From Cyanobacteriota bacterium (GTDB lineage: Bacteria > Cyanobacteriota > Cyanobacteriia > Cyanobacteriales > Nostocaceae): a stretch of 64,000 bases of DNA. The translations under genes were made by a program, and so were the position numbers. Of the stretch, positions 11,045-21,021 are shown piece after piece; position 1 is the first letter of the stretch, and the number at the start of each line of letters is the position of its first letter. The stretch is from positions 1-64,000 of the forward strand of contig JBJOKS010000019.1 in assembly GCA_046045965.1 (NCBI GenBank), in the 5' to 3' direction. The notes below the pieces were generated by a model, which had not been told where the DNA came from, searched no databases, and was given only the letters and a program-made list of their open reading frames with translations.

Positions 11045-11649
11045 AATTTAGTGACAGCTGCTCGTTTGAGAATAGTTAGTTTTTACCAGAGGACATATAC
11101 ACCCAATTTACTCAGCCAAATACAATCTTCTTGAAAATTCCTGATTCGGAATCAAAATCTGTATCTGCCTGTCATGTTTTGGTTACATTTAGATACAATT
11201 TATATTGTCTTTGCACCCAAAATACCATCTTTTCCCACTACCAGCAGACATATTCCTAATTTTTTTCTTAATCACCAAATATGTCAAACCCCCCTCAAAC
11301 ATTCTCCAGCTTAACAAATATAAAAATTCCATCTAAAGACCCTATACATTAAATTTTCATGTATTTTCATGAAGTTTTGTTGGATTTGGAGTAGGAAAGT
11401 CAACGCTTCCCAAATGATCCAAATTACAAAAATAGTAGCTTAAAATCCGGACAATCTTGATTGTATAAGAGCATCTCACATACAAAATCTCTTGAATATC
11501 TATCAATAGGTGGAAAAAGCCTACTACCTATTTAGTAGATAAAAAACCGATTCATTAATATCTAAGATACTTTCATTTGTGTAGTTAGCATCAAATATTT
11601 ATTGCACGTACTGTAGATATTAATTGATCTAGTAGATTACACATAAACA

Positions 11650-11691
11650 AAGTTATCAAGTATGATGAGTAAGAAAAGTATTGCGAAATAC
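11650..11691 (-). promoter_or_regulatory. NtcA-activated promoter (GTA-N8-TAC, N22, TAN3T) facing the sigma factor gene
   Basis: GTATTGCGAAATAC at 11678-11691; minus-strand TAACTT at 11655-11650, exactly 22 nt away. Confidence 0.65.
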
Positions 11692-11787
11692 AGTTTATTT
11701 GTAGTAAAGTAAGAACTTACAGTTAAGTAAGCGTGGTAAATTTTCTCCAGGCTGGTGAGCAAATATCTATTAAAAAAGCCCAAAATT

Positions 11788-14322
11788 ATGTATATTCAGG
11801 ATGTAAGTTTATCCTCTCTAGTAGTAGCTGAACCAGGGGAATTATACAATTCAAAAACAACAGTTTATCGTTGGATTGAAGTATTGGTAGATTTTCCAGG
11901 AAGCTCAGAGTTATTTACATATAAATTACCAGAACAGTTAGAAATAAAACCAGGGGATATTTTGACTGTTCCCTTTGGGACACAACAGGTAGGAGCGATC
12001 GCGATTCGTTTCTTATCTCAACCACCAGCAGATTTAGCACCAGAGAAAATTCGGGAAGTAGAAGATGTAGTTAGCAAAGGATTTTTTCCTAGCACCTATT
12101 GGGAATTACTCAATCGTATTGCTGCTTATTACTATACACCCTTAATTCAAGTAATTCGGGTAGCTTTACCACCAGGAATATTAGGGCGATCGCAACGTCG
12201 TTTGCGTTTGACATCCTTGGGAAAAGATCAAGATGTTTTGAGCAACACTTCAGTTTTCATGTCACCAACAGCGCAACAAGTTTTACAACTCTTGCAAAAA
12301 ACTTCAACAGGTGACTATAGCTATTACTATATCCAACAAAAAATTAAATCTGCCTATCGGGGAACTCGTGAATTAATTCGCTTGGGATTAGCAGAAAACT
12401 ACCTAGAACCACCAAGACTAAATCAACCTAAATTACAAAAAGCAGTCACCCTATTAGATAACAATGACCAAAATTTAACACCTCGTCAAAAAGAAATTAT
12501 TGAAGTGCTAAAACGACAAGGTGGAGAATTATGGCAAACTGAATTATTACAAACTTGCAGCACCAGTACCTCCACATTGAAAGCCTTAGAACAAAAAGGT
12601 TATATAGTAATTGAAGAACGGGAAATATTACGCAGAGAACAAAGTCCCCTTATGGCTGGGGATCAAGCTAAATCATTAACCGCAGCCCAAAATAGCGCCT
12701 TAGAAACTATCAAATCATTAAATGGATTTACACAAGTTTTACTACACGGTGTCACAGGATCAGGAAAAACCGAAGTTTACCTACAAGCGATCGCACCCCT
12801 ACTCAACCAAGGAAAATCAGCATTAGTATTAGTCCCAGAAATTGGACTCACACCCCAACTCACAGACAGATTTCGCGCCCGCTTTGGTAACAAAGTCCAA
12901 GTTTATCACAGCGCCCTTTCCGACGGTGAACGTTACGACACCTGGCGACAAATGTTCACAGGAGAACCCCAAGTAGTCATCGGTACACGCAGCGCCATTT
13001 TTTCCCCATTACCCAACCTGGGATTAATTATCCTCGACGAAGAACACGACAGCAGCTTTAAACAAGACTCACCCATCCCCACCTACCATGCTCGCACCGT
13101 CGCCCAATGGCGTGCAGAATTAGAAAATTGTCCTTTAATTCTGGGATCAGCCACCCCCTCCCTTGAAAGTTGGGTAAGTATCAAGGAAAGCAGGGGAGCA
13201 GGGAGCAGGGAGCAGGGGGAAGTTAATAACCCAATACCCCAATACCTATCCCTTCCCGAACGCATCAACTCCAGACCTCTACCACCAGTAGAAATAATTG
13301 ATATGCGGCGAGAGTTGAAAGAAGGAAACCGTTCGATATTTAGTAGATCCCTGCAACAAGCTTTAGAAGAATTAAAAGAGAGAAAACAACAAGGAATATT
13401 ATTTATCCATCGTCGCGGACATAGCACCTTTGTGTCCTGTCGCAGTTGTGGTTATGTGCTGGAATGTCCAAATTGTGATGTGTCCTTGGCTTATCACCAT
13501 GTAGAAGCGGGTGCGCCTGAATTATTAAGATGTCATTATTGTAATTATGGTCAACCACACCCCAAACACTGTCCTCAATGTAGTTCCCCCTACCTGAAAT
13601 TTTTTGGTAGTGGTACTCAAAGAGTCGCCCAGGAACTCAACCGCCAATTTCCCCACCTCAAATTAATTCGTTTTGATAGCGACACCACCCGCAACAAAGG
13701 CGCACACCGCAACCTTTTAACCCAATTTGCCAACGGTGAAGCAGATTTATTAGTGGGTACACAAATGCTCACCAAAGGATTAGACTTACCCCAAGTTACC
13801 CTTGTAGGCGTAGTTGCGGCTGATGGGTTACTACATTTATCAGATTATCGCGCCAGTGAAAGAGCTTTTCAAACCTTGACCCAAGTTGCAGGAAGAGCGG
13901 GAAGAGGAGAAGATCCAGGAAGAGTAATTGTGCAAACCTATACCCCAGAACATCCAGTTATTGAAGCTGTGAAAACCCACGACTATCAATCTTTTTGTGA
14001 TGCAGAATTAGAACAACGGGAAGCTTTAAATTATCCCCCTTATGGTAGATTAATATTATTACGTTTGAGTAGCCTTGATCCCATTCAAGTACAAAATAAA
14101 GCCCAGATCATTGCGACAAATTTCAGCGAACAAGAAGGATTTGAGATATTAGGACCAGCACCAGCTAGTATATTAAGAGTAGCTAATCGTTATCGCTGGC
14201 AAATATTATTGAAATTTGCTCCCGATGCCCTACCAAATTTACCAGATTGGGAGGAAATCAGAAAGCTTTGTCATCCTGCGGTCAGTTTAACGATTGATGT
14301 AGATCCTATCAATATCATGTAA
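11788..14322 (+). CDS. priA: Primosomal protein N'
   Basis: GVTGSGKTEVY, DEEHD, Zn-finger CxxC pairs, QVAGRAGR; start uncertain (11755 or 11788). Confidence 0.97.
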   Translation: MYIQDVSLSSLVVAEPGELYNSKTTVYRWIEVLVDFPGSSELFTYKLPEQLEIKPGDILTVPFGTQQVGAIAIRFLSQPPADLAPEKIREVEDVVSKGFFPSTYWELLNRIAAYYYTPLIQVIRVALPPGILGRSQRRLRLTSLGKDQDVLSNTSVFMSPTAQQVLQLLQKTSTGDYSYYYIQQKIKSAYRGTRELIRLGLAENYLEPPRLNQPKLQKAVTLLDNNDQNLTPRQKEIIEVLKRQGGELWQTELLQTCSTSTSTLKALEQKGYIVIEEREILRREQSPLMAGDQAKSLTAAQNSALETIKSLNGFTQVLLHGVTGSGKTEVYLQAIAPLLNQGKSALVLVPEIGLTPQLTDRFRARFGNKVQVYHSALSDGERYDTWRQMFTGEPQVVIGTRSAIFSPLPNLGLIILDEEHDSSFKQDSPIPTYHARTVAQWRAELENCPLILGSATPSLESWVSIKESRGAGSREQGEVNNPIPQYLSLPERINSRPLPPVEIIDMRRELKEGNRSIFSRSLQQALEELKERKQQGILFIHRRGHSTFVSCRSCGYVLECPNCDVSLAYHHVEAGAPELLRCHYCNYGQPHPKHCPQCSSPYLKFFGSGTQRVAQELNRQFPHLKLIRFDSDTTRNKGAHRNLLTQFANGEADLLVGTQMLTKGLDLPQVTLVGVVAADGLLHLSDYRASERAFQTLTQVAGRAGRGEDPGRVIVQTYTPEHPVIEAVKTHDYQSFCDAELEQREALNYPPYGRLILLRLSSLDPIQVQNKAQIIATNFSEQEGFEILGPAPASILRVANRYRWQILLKFAPDALPNLPDWEEIRKLCHPAVSLTIDVDPINIM

Positions 14323-14340
14323 ATATCAAAAACAAAAATC

Positions 14341-15639
14341 ATGGTTAACAAAGTTGCAATTATCGGTGCTGGTCCTAGCGGACTACTTCTAGCTCATTAT
14401 TTACTACGTCGTGATCACAAATACCAAATTGATATTTATGAACGTCGTTCAGATCCTTGTGGAATTTCCTTTGATAAAACCCGTACCTTTCCCATTTCCC
14501 TTGGTGAAAGAGGAATGAATGCTTTACGTCAAATTCCCGGACTAGAGGAAGCAGTGAAAGCCGTAAGCCTAGAAATAAAAGGTACAGTTCTGCATCAAAA
14601 AAACGGCAAAAATCGCATCATCAACCGCAAAAAACCTCTTATTACCCTAGACAGAAATCATTTAGCAACTGTCATTTTAGAAAATTTACTCGAAAAATAT
14701 GATAGCAGTCGCATTAATATTCACTTTAATTGTCAATGTACAGAAATAGATTTGGCAAACAAAAACATTAAAATTTACCAAACTACATCCACCGATCATC
14801 AAACAGAATTCACTGCCAATTATGACTTACTAATTGGTGCTGATGGAGCGCGTTCTGTAGTCAGAGAAGTTTTTCTAAATACCGAAGACTTTCAATTTGA
14901 ACAAAATTACGTTCCCAATGCTTATAAATCTATTTTTCTTCCTAACCCAGATCAAATACCAGGAATTGATTTACAAAAACAGAGAGTCCACAGTTGGCGA
15001 ATGAATGGAGGTGTCTCCATACTCATGTTACATCAAATAGATGGCAATATGAACGGAGTAATCCTTTTTCCCTATGCTGAAAATCCCATTGAAAAACTCA
15101 CAACTGCTGAAGAAGTGCAGCAATTTTTTCAAGATAATTTTCCAACTATTGGGCAATTAATGCCAACATTAGAAGCAGAAGAATTTGCCAAAAAACCGAT
15201 ATCTAGAGTTTTAACAGTGCGTTGCAACCGCTATCATTTAGGAGATAGTGTATTGTTAATTGGTGATGCTGCTCATGCAGTTTCTCCTTCCATTGGACAA
15301 GGGTGTAATTCAGCTTTAGAAGATGTGCTAATTTTTGATAGAATTTTAGATGAATACGCTGATAATTTAGCATCATCATTACCAGAATATAGCTTACGTC
15401 GTCAACCTGATGCGTTTGCTTTAAGAGAGTTAAGCGATTATTCTTTTCCTACTTCCAAAGAGTTATTTTCTGAGTTTATCATTCGCAATGCCTTAGCCAA
15501 ACTTCTTCATCAAATCTTTCCCAAAACTTTCTTCCCACCTATATTTGAAGCTGTATTTGCAGAGGATATTTCTTACAGAGAAATTTTGCATAAATACCAA
15601 GGTTGGATATCCAAAGTCAAAAAGAATAATGACAGGTAA
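14341..15639 (+). CDS. FAD-dependent monooxygenase (kynurenine 3-monooxygenase-like)
   Basis: GAGPSG, GADGARS, GDAAHAVSP.IGQGCN. Confidence 0.88.
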   Translation: MVNKVAIIGAGPSGLLLAHYLLRRDHKYQIDIYERRSDPCGISFDKTRTFPISLGERGMNALRQIPGLEEAVKAVSLEIKGTVLHQKNGKNRIINRKKPLITLDRNHLATVILENLLEKYDSSRINIHFNCQCTEIDLANKNIKIYQTTSTDHQTEFTANYDLLIGADGARSVVREVFLNTEDFQFEQNYVPNAYKSIFLPNPDQIPGIDLQKQRVHSWRMNGGVSILMLHQIDGNMNGVILFPYAENPIEKLTTAEEVQQFFQDNFPTIGQLMPTLEAEEFAKKPISRVLTVRCNRYHLGDSVLLIGDAAHAVSPSIGQGCNSALEDVLIFDRILDEYADNLASSLPEYSLRRQPDAFALRELSDYSFPTSKELFSEFIIRNALAKLLHQIFPKTFFPPIFEAVFAEDISYREILHKYQGWISKVKKNNDR

Positions 15640-15784
15640 CAGGTGACGATGCTCAAAGTCTTTCAGTGTCTAAGTTTTAATTTTGTTAATGTCATAACCC
15701 CTGGTCTACGACTATCATAATTAAAAGTAAGCATTTAGTCAACGCTAGGTAGACCTATTGCTAACATCAAGCTACACTACCCTT

Positions 15785-16906
15785 CTATTTTTCAGTGGCG
15801 ATAATGTGTAAATCTATTTTCTTATCTCTAATTGAATCCATTAATCGCTGAGTAAAAGAGCCTTTAATAAATCTTTTCCATTTCGGTTGTTGACTTTCAC
15901 CAATAACTATTTGAGTGATGTGATGGGTAGCAGCAACCTGAGCAATTTCTTTAGCAACATTGCTACTTTTGACGTGCAGAAACTCACCACCAAATTCTCG
16001 ACAAAGTTTCTCACAAGTATCAATGTGTAAACTTTCTTGTTTAGTAAGAAACCGTTCAGGATCAGCTATAAATAAAGCATAAAGAGGAGCATTCATATAA
16101 TTGGCAAGTCGCGCCCCACGCCGTAATAATTGAAGAGAATTAGGATAAGTAGATACACATACCAAAACCCGTTCATGGATTTTACAACTTTCTCCCGCAG
16201 CAGTCGAAGTATTTGCTTCTTCCTCAACTGTATCTGCTACTTCTCTTAAGGCTAATTCCCGCAAAGCAATGAGATTGCGACGCTGAAAAAAGTTCTTTAA
16301 AGATTGCTCAATTTTATTAGCAGCATAGATTTTTCCTTCTCGCAGACGCTCTTCTAAAGTCTCTGGAGTGACATCAATCACAACCACCTCGTCAGCTTCA
16401 TCCAGCACCCGATCTGGAATGCGTTCTCGCACCACAACACCAGTTATTCTTGCCACCAAATCATTCAAACTTTCTAGATGTTGAATGTTAAGCGTAGAAT
16501 AGACATCTATACCAGATGCTAAAATTATTTCTACATCTTGATAGCGTTTTTCTCTATCAGAACCTGGTATATTTGTATGGGCTAATTCGTCAATTAATAC
16601 CAGTTGGGGAGAGCGTTCTAAAATTGCCTCCGTGTCCATTTCTTGCAGTTTGATATTCTGTTTAATAATGGCTTTTCTGGCAATTAATTCTAATCCTTCA
16701 GCTTTGAGAGCAGTATCTTTACGTCCATGAGTTTCTAAAATGCCAATAACAACATCAATTCCCTCTTGTTTAAGTTGGTGTGCTTCCTCTAGCATTTTAT
16801 AAGTTTTACCTACACCGGGAGCCATACCAATAAAAATTTTATGCTTCCCTCGACGCGCAGGACGGATATAAGAACTATCAGGGGAGGGTGTATTAGGATG
16901 AAACAT
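15785..16906 (-). CDS. kdpD: Naturally short KdpD (N-terminal KdpD domain plus Usp domain, no TM or His-kinase part)
   Basis: GMAPGVGKT Walker A, IDELAHTN, NIQHLESLND, LRELALR, Usp-like C-terminus. Confidence 0.93.
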   Translation of the reverse strand: MFHPNTPSPDSSYIRPARRGKHKIFIGMAPGVGKTYKMLEEAHQLKQEGIDVVIGILETHGRKDTALKAEGLELIARKAIIKQNIKLQEMDTEAILERSPQLVLIDELAHTNIPGSDREKRYQDVEIILASGIDVYSTLNIQHLESLNDLVARITGVVVRERIPDRVLDEADEVVVIDVTPETLEERLREGKIYAANKIEQSLKNFFQRRNLIALRELALREVADTVEEEANTSTAAGESCKIHERVLVCVSTYPNSLQLLRRGARLANYMNAPLYALFIADPERFLTKQESLHIDTCEKLCREFGGEFLHVKSSNVAKEIAQVAATHHITQIVIGESQQPKWKRFIKGSFTQRLMDSIRDKKIDLHIIATEK

Positions 16907-16984
16907 GAATATTATCAACTTTAGTTAATAACTATCATTATACTTCCGTTTGATCCTAAAAAGCTCCCAGAGAATTATTTCTAT

Positions 16985-17248
16985 TTACAACCCACCAGAG
17001 TATGTATTTAATTCTATCCCAATCCCAAGTTCTTTTTTACTGCTTTTCAATTCTTTCCAAAGTGTTTCAATCTGATCATAGGCTTCCTCTGGAGAGAGTT
17101 TACCACCTGTTTCTAGGGCAGTTATATAAGCAACTTTTTGAGAAAATATTTGCAGGTTGGCATTAAATACTAGGTTTTGTGGCTTAACTTGACCATAGTA
17201 GCAACTGCGGGGGTAGAGGAAATTATCTTTGTCTCTTTGATTTGGCAT
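16985..17248 (-). CDS. Small conserved cyanobacterial hypothetical protein
   Basis: FLYPRS.YYG..L.FNANLQ.F.QKV..I.ALETGGKLSPEEAY pattern. Confidence 0.75.
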   Translation of the reverse strand: MPNQRDKDNFLYPRSCYYGQVKPQNLVFNANLQIFSQKVAYITALETGGKLSPEEAYDQIETLWKELKSSKKELGIGIELNTYSGGL

Positions 17249-17307
17249 TTTTATATTCTCATAAACCAGATTTGGCTAATGTAGCATCGAAACCGTCATG
17301 AAAATTA

Positions 17308-18750
17308 TCACCTTGTTAGCCCATTTCTGGACTTTAATTTATGATTTTTGACCTTTATTTGTGGTAAATCTTTTTTGTCTTTGTATAGGTAGCAAATTTC
17401 AACTAACGTAGTCCAAATTTCTAGAGAACCATGAAATTGACTAATGACATCATCAACAATTCTGGAAACGTTCTGTTGAAAAAAGTCTGGCTCAAATCCA
17501 TAGAATACTCTTGATAAATTATTAGCAAATAGTTCGAGAGATTGTTTACGTTCTTCATTTTGGGTAGATTCTGAAGCTTTGATTACCTGAGTATGTATTG
17601 CTGAGATTTTTTCCAAAATTTCCTCAGAATCCAGTAAGGTTACTTCCCCTGAGTAATGAAATTTTATTCCCAGATCATTAAGCTCATAAACACTGTTCTT
17701 AATTTTCTTTTTCAGCAGGTTACATATTTCCTCATTAAATATCTCACTAGCAAGAGGATTACGCATATAGTTATTTCTAATATGGTTTTGGACAGCATCA
17801 ACGTGTGCAGCTACAATACCTTCTTGCTGTATCCATAACCTATAGATATAATCCTCAAACCTGAGTCTAGTTGGGAAAAAGGGTGGTAAACCCAAGCGAT
17901 TATCATATCCTGCGACTCCGCAATCCATTCTCCAGTTTTTGTTAGTAATTACTGGTCTAAAATTGGTGAGAATATAAAAATCATTCAAGTCATTAGGACT
18001 GATTTGAGTTTCATCATGAAGATACATATTCACGAAATCAATGGTATCAATATCGTTAGTTCCTGTGCGAAATGTTTGGGCAATTTTCACAATGGAATTA
18101 TTTAATACTGTTCCTTCCTGTAGTACAAGACTGTTCTCTCTAAAATAACCCTTGGTGGCGTTAGTTTCTAAATCCATTGCTGTGTCCATGAGAAATTCTC
18201 CTGTTTCAAAGTTTTCAGGTACATGACTCGCTTTTTGACCAAGAACATCACCAAAAGCAGTGAGTAAATCAAAGGATTTATGAACAAATCCTTCGTCATT
18301 AGGTTTGACCAATTTACCTCGACATATTTCCGAATTTGATAAAGATTCTGGTCTAGTTTCCATCAAAGCATAAGGTCGCATATCATCATCTGCACTGACC
18401 ATGAAATGTCCAAGGGTATACATCAATGTAAAGTTACGATTACCTCCATAACTAGGTCGAAATAAGTTTTTCACAAGTGATTCCAACTTGCGATCGCGCA
18501 GTCTTTCATTTAGAAAAGTAATAAACTGCTCTTTTTCATGAGGTCCAACATAATATAGATCGTTGACAGTCTTCGTTTGTTCTAAAAGTTGGTAGTATTT
18601 TTCGTAATTACCAAGAGTTGAATCATCAAAAACGATCATTTTGATTGCGTGTCCGTTTACCCAGAAATTCTCATCATATTTCTCGATTGTTTCGGCTACA
18701 TCTCTGAGTCTATGAGTGGGAATTACAAAGATAGTTTCTTTCGGTTTCAT
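17308..18750 (-). CDS. Uncharacterised 480-aa protein, GT-A glycosyltransferase-like
   Basis: FVIPTHR, IVFDDS, GGNRN, ADDD and FED motifs. Confidence 0.6.
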   Translation of the reverse strand: MKPKETIFVIPTHRLRDVAETIEKYDENFWVNGHAIKMIVFDDSTLGNYEKYYQLLEQTKTVNDLYYVGPHEKEQFITFLNERLRDRKLESLVKNLFRPSYGGNRNFTLMYTLGHFMVSADDDMRPYALMETRPESLSNSEICRGKLVKPNDEGFVHKSFDLLTAFGDVLGQKASHVPENFETGEFLMDTAMDLETNATKGYFRENSLVLQEGTVLNNSIVKIAQTFRTGTNDIDTIDFVNMYLHDETQISPNDLNDFYILTNFRPVITNKNWRMDCGVAGYDNRLGLPPFFPTRLRFEDYIYRLWIQQEGIVAAHVDAVQNHIRNNYMRNPLASEIFNEEICNLLKKKIKNSVYELNDLGIKFHYSGEVTLLDSEEILEKISAIHTQVIKASESTQNEERKQSLELFANNLSRVFYGFEPDFFQQNVSRIVDDVISQFHGSLEIWTTLVEICYLYKDKKDLPQIKVKNHKLKSRNGLTR

Positions 18751-18806
18751 AATTGCCTTTGATTGTTTTACATGAAGTTGAAAAATTTACACCTTTCTTG
18801 TAACTT

Positions 18807-18926
18807 TTAAAAGTTAAAAGTGGTTCTGAACGTACCAATTACTGCATCATCATTGTCGGAACTTTGACCAGGATTTGTTAACCAAATTATTCCTGGAGTG
18901 ATAGAAATATTGTCGCTGAGACAATA
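18807..18926 (-). pseudogene. 3' remnant of a cyanobacterial OprB/SLH-type porin
   Basis: Reads ..YCLSDNISITPGIIWLTNPGQSSDNDDAVIGTFRTTFNF*; in-frame stop upstream at 18948-18950 and no start codon. Confidence 0.8.
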
Positions 18927-18984
18927 GATGAGACATTTTGATTTTCCTCACACCTGGTTTATGTAGACAACAATTTACTTACTG

Positions 18985-19317
18985 CTAAGAAGACTTCTTC
19001 CAGATTCTTTCCAAAGTCTCTATTTGCTGTCTTCTTTCAATAGTCATTTCTTGAGCGATATCAGGTACTCGCTTTTGGCTATTATTTAATAGCTCAATTT
19101 GGTGGATTATTTCTCTTGGAGGCAGACGAGCCTGTTTTTGACAATTTCTATACCTTAAAAAGCACCCTAAAATCAAGCCAATAATTGCCAAATTTACAAA
19201 AGATACTGCCAGATAGCCAGTATATGGTTCAGGGTGATTTACAGATTTAGGCTGACTAGGCTGAGGGATAATACCAATGGAAAAAGTAGGCTGAAGATGA
19301 AAGTTATTGAAGTTCAT
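18985..19317 (-). CDS. Small single-TM hypothetical protein
   Basis: One hydrophobic helix; C-terminal QIETLERIWK. Confidence 0.65.
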   Translation of the reverse strand: MNFNNFHLQPTFSIGIIPQPSQPKSVNHPEPYTGYLAVSFVNLAIIGLILGCFLRYRNCQKQARLPPREIIHQIELLNNSQKRVPDIAQEMTIERRQQIETLERIWKKSS

Positions 19318-19371
19318 AACATAGCTATAAATAGCGAATTATAAATGAGATCCGCAATTATAAAGTGGGTT

Positions 19372-20715
19372 TTAATTGCTTTCTAAATTCAGAACTTGGT
19401 AAACAATTTTTGAGATTTCTGTTTTCAATTTGCTAGGAATTGAATTTGATTCAACGACTAAAACCACACAAGCAATAGTAAAAGCAATCACAGTGACACT
19501 GATCTGGCACATTTTTTTTAGCTTGTATCTAGTCTTCGTATAAACAGCCGTTGATTTTTTCTCTTTTACAGGAGGTACAGCCGCCGCCGCAGCTAAACGA
19601 GGACTTAAAAACTCTGCTACTTTTCGCGCCAGTTCTCCACCTTCAGTCTTCGCAGGAAAGTAATACCAATCTTGTGTTTCAGGATTAAAAACTGTGCGGG
19701 AATAAACAGGATTATCTGCGATCGCACTTACAGAAGTTGGTGAATTTTTTTGAGGACTTAAATCAAAAAAAGGAGTTTCAAAATAGTCATCTATATTTGT
19801 GGTTTTAGTATGACCTAATAAACTATTCAAATCTATCAGTGCCTCTGCTGCAAAGTGATAGCGTAGTTTAATTGCTGGCTGTACTAAGTTACAGAGAATT
19901 TTCTCTAAAGAAAGACTGATCGGTGCAACTAAATATGACTGCCATATCCACATATCTTCACTACAATCATATAAATCAAAAGGCGACATTTGAGTTAATA
20001 AATGTAGACAAGTAACACCCAAGCTGTAAAGGTCGCTGGCAAATACAGCTTTACCTCTAATTTGTTCCGGTGCAGCATATTCTGCACTACCGATAATTGT
20101 TCCAGTTTCCCAAGGTTGCCAATTATATTTAGCAGCACCAAAATCTACTAAAAATAATTTGCTGTCTGTGCGACGACGAATAATATTAGCAGGTTTGATA
20201 TCCCGGTGAATTACTTGATGAGTGTGAATAAACTGCAATAAAGGCAACAATTCATCAAGTATTTGGCAAATTTTTACTTCATTGAACGGACCAGAATCAA
20301 ATAATTCTTGTTCTAAATTTTGTCCATCAACCCATTCCTGGACTAAATATTGCTTACCTTCTTCTTCAAAAAAATCTAAGAATTTGGGAATTTGGCAATG
20401 ATGACCTAGTTCTGCTAAACGCACAGACTCTTGCTGAAATAATGCCCTAGCTTTTTGTTGATAATAGTCTATTTCTGGTTGTGAAAAAAATTGCTTTATG
20501 ACACATAAATTAGATACTGAATCATCCAAGTATTGCCTAATTTTAACATCTTGCTCATCAACAGCTAAAAAAGTTTTTCCAAATCCTCCTTGCCCAATAT
20601 TTTTTATGAGACGATAGCGGCCACTCAGAAGAGTATTTGACTGAATAAACCCAGCATAGTTATCTCCTTCTGAAAACTTTAGGTATTGTTGTTTATCGGG
20701 AAAACCGCTGCACAT
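19372..20715 (-). CDS. Hanks-type Ser/Thr protein kinase with C-terminal TM
   Basis: GQGGFG, HRDIKPAN, DFG, YAAPEQ, SDLYSLG. Confidence 0.93.
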   Translation of the reverse strand: MCSGFPDKQQYLKFSEGDNYAGFIQSNTLLSGRYRLIKNIGQGGFGKTFLAVDEQDVKIRQYLDDSVSNLCVIKQFFSQPEIDYYQQKARALFQQESVRLAELGHHCQIPKFLDFFEEEGKQYLVQEWVDGQNLEQELFDSGPFNEVKICQILDELLPLLQFIHTHQVIHRDIKPANIIRRRTDSKLFLVDFGAAKYNWQPWETGTIIGSAEYAAPEQIRGKAVFASDLYSLGVTCLHLLTQMSPFDLYDCSEDMWIWQSYLVAPISLSLEKILCNLVQPAIKLRYHFAAEALIDLNSLLGHTKTTNIDDYFETPFFDLSPQKNSPTSVSAIADNPVYSRTVFNPETQDWYYFPAKTEGGELARKVAEFLSPRLAAAAAVPPVKEKKSTAVYTKTRYKLKKMCQISVTVIAFTIACVVLVVESNSIPSKLKTEISKIVYQVLNLESN

Positions 20716-20744
20716 ACAACGGATTACTCCTTAAATTAAATGGT

Positions 20745-20996
20745 TTAAACAAATTTTTCCAAACTTGCCTTTGTGATATTTTTCATCCCATTTCTTCCTA
20801 CTCTTCTGACACCCCCACGTTCACGTTGAAACAATTTTATTTCTTGAGTATTAGGTAATAAAATCGGGTTTTGTGATAATGGAAAAGTTTGATATTTTAA
20901 CCCCCCTAATATGAAATAGGAATAGCAAGGCGTAAATAACATCCAAATAAGGAAGTTCAAACAAATCAAGATTTTAATTTTTTCTGTTGTCAGCAT
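20745..20996 (-). CDS. Small hydrophobic hypothetical protein
   Basis: 83-aa ORF filling the gap between kdpC and the kinase; hydrophobic N-terminus. Confidence 0.45.
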   Translation of the reverse strand: MLTTEKIKILICLNFLIWMLFTPCYSYFILGGLKYQTFPLSQNPILLPNTQEIKLFQRERGGVRRVGRNGMKNITKASLEKFV

Positions 20997-21021
20997 AGAA
21001 ATTGATATTATTGTTCCTAAT

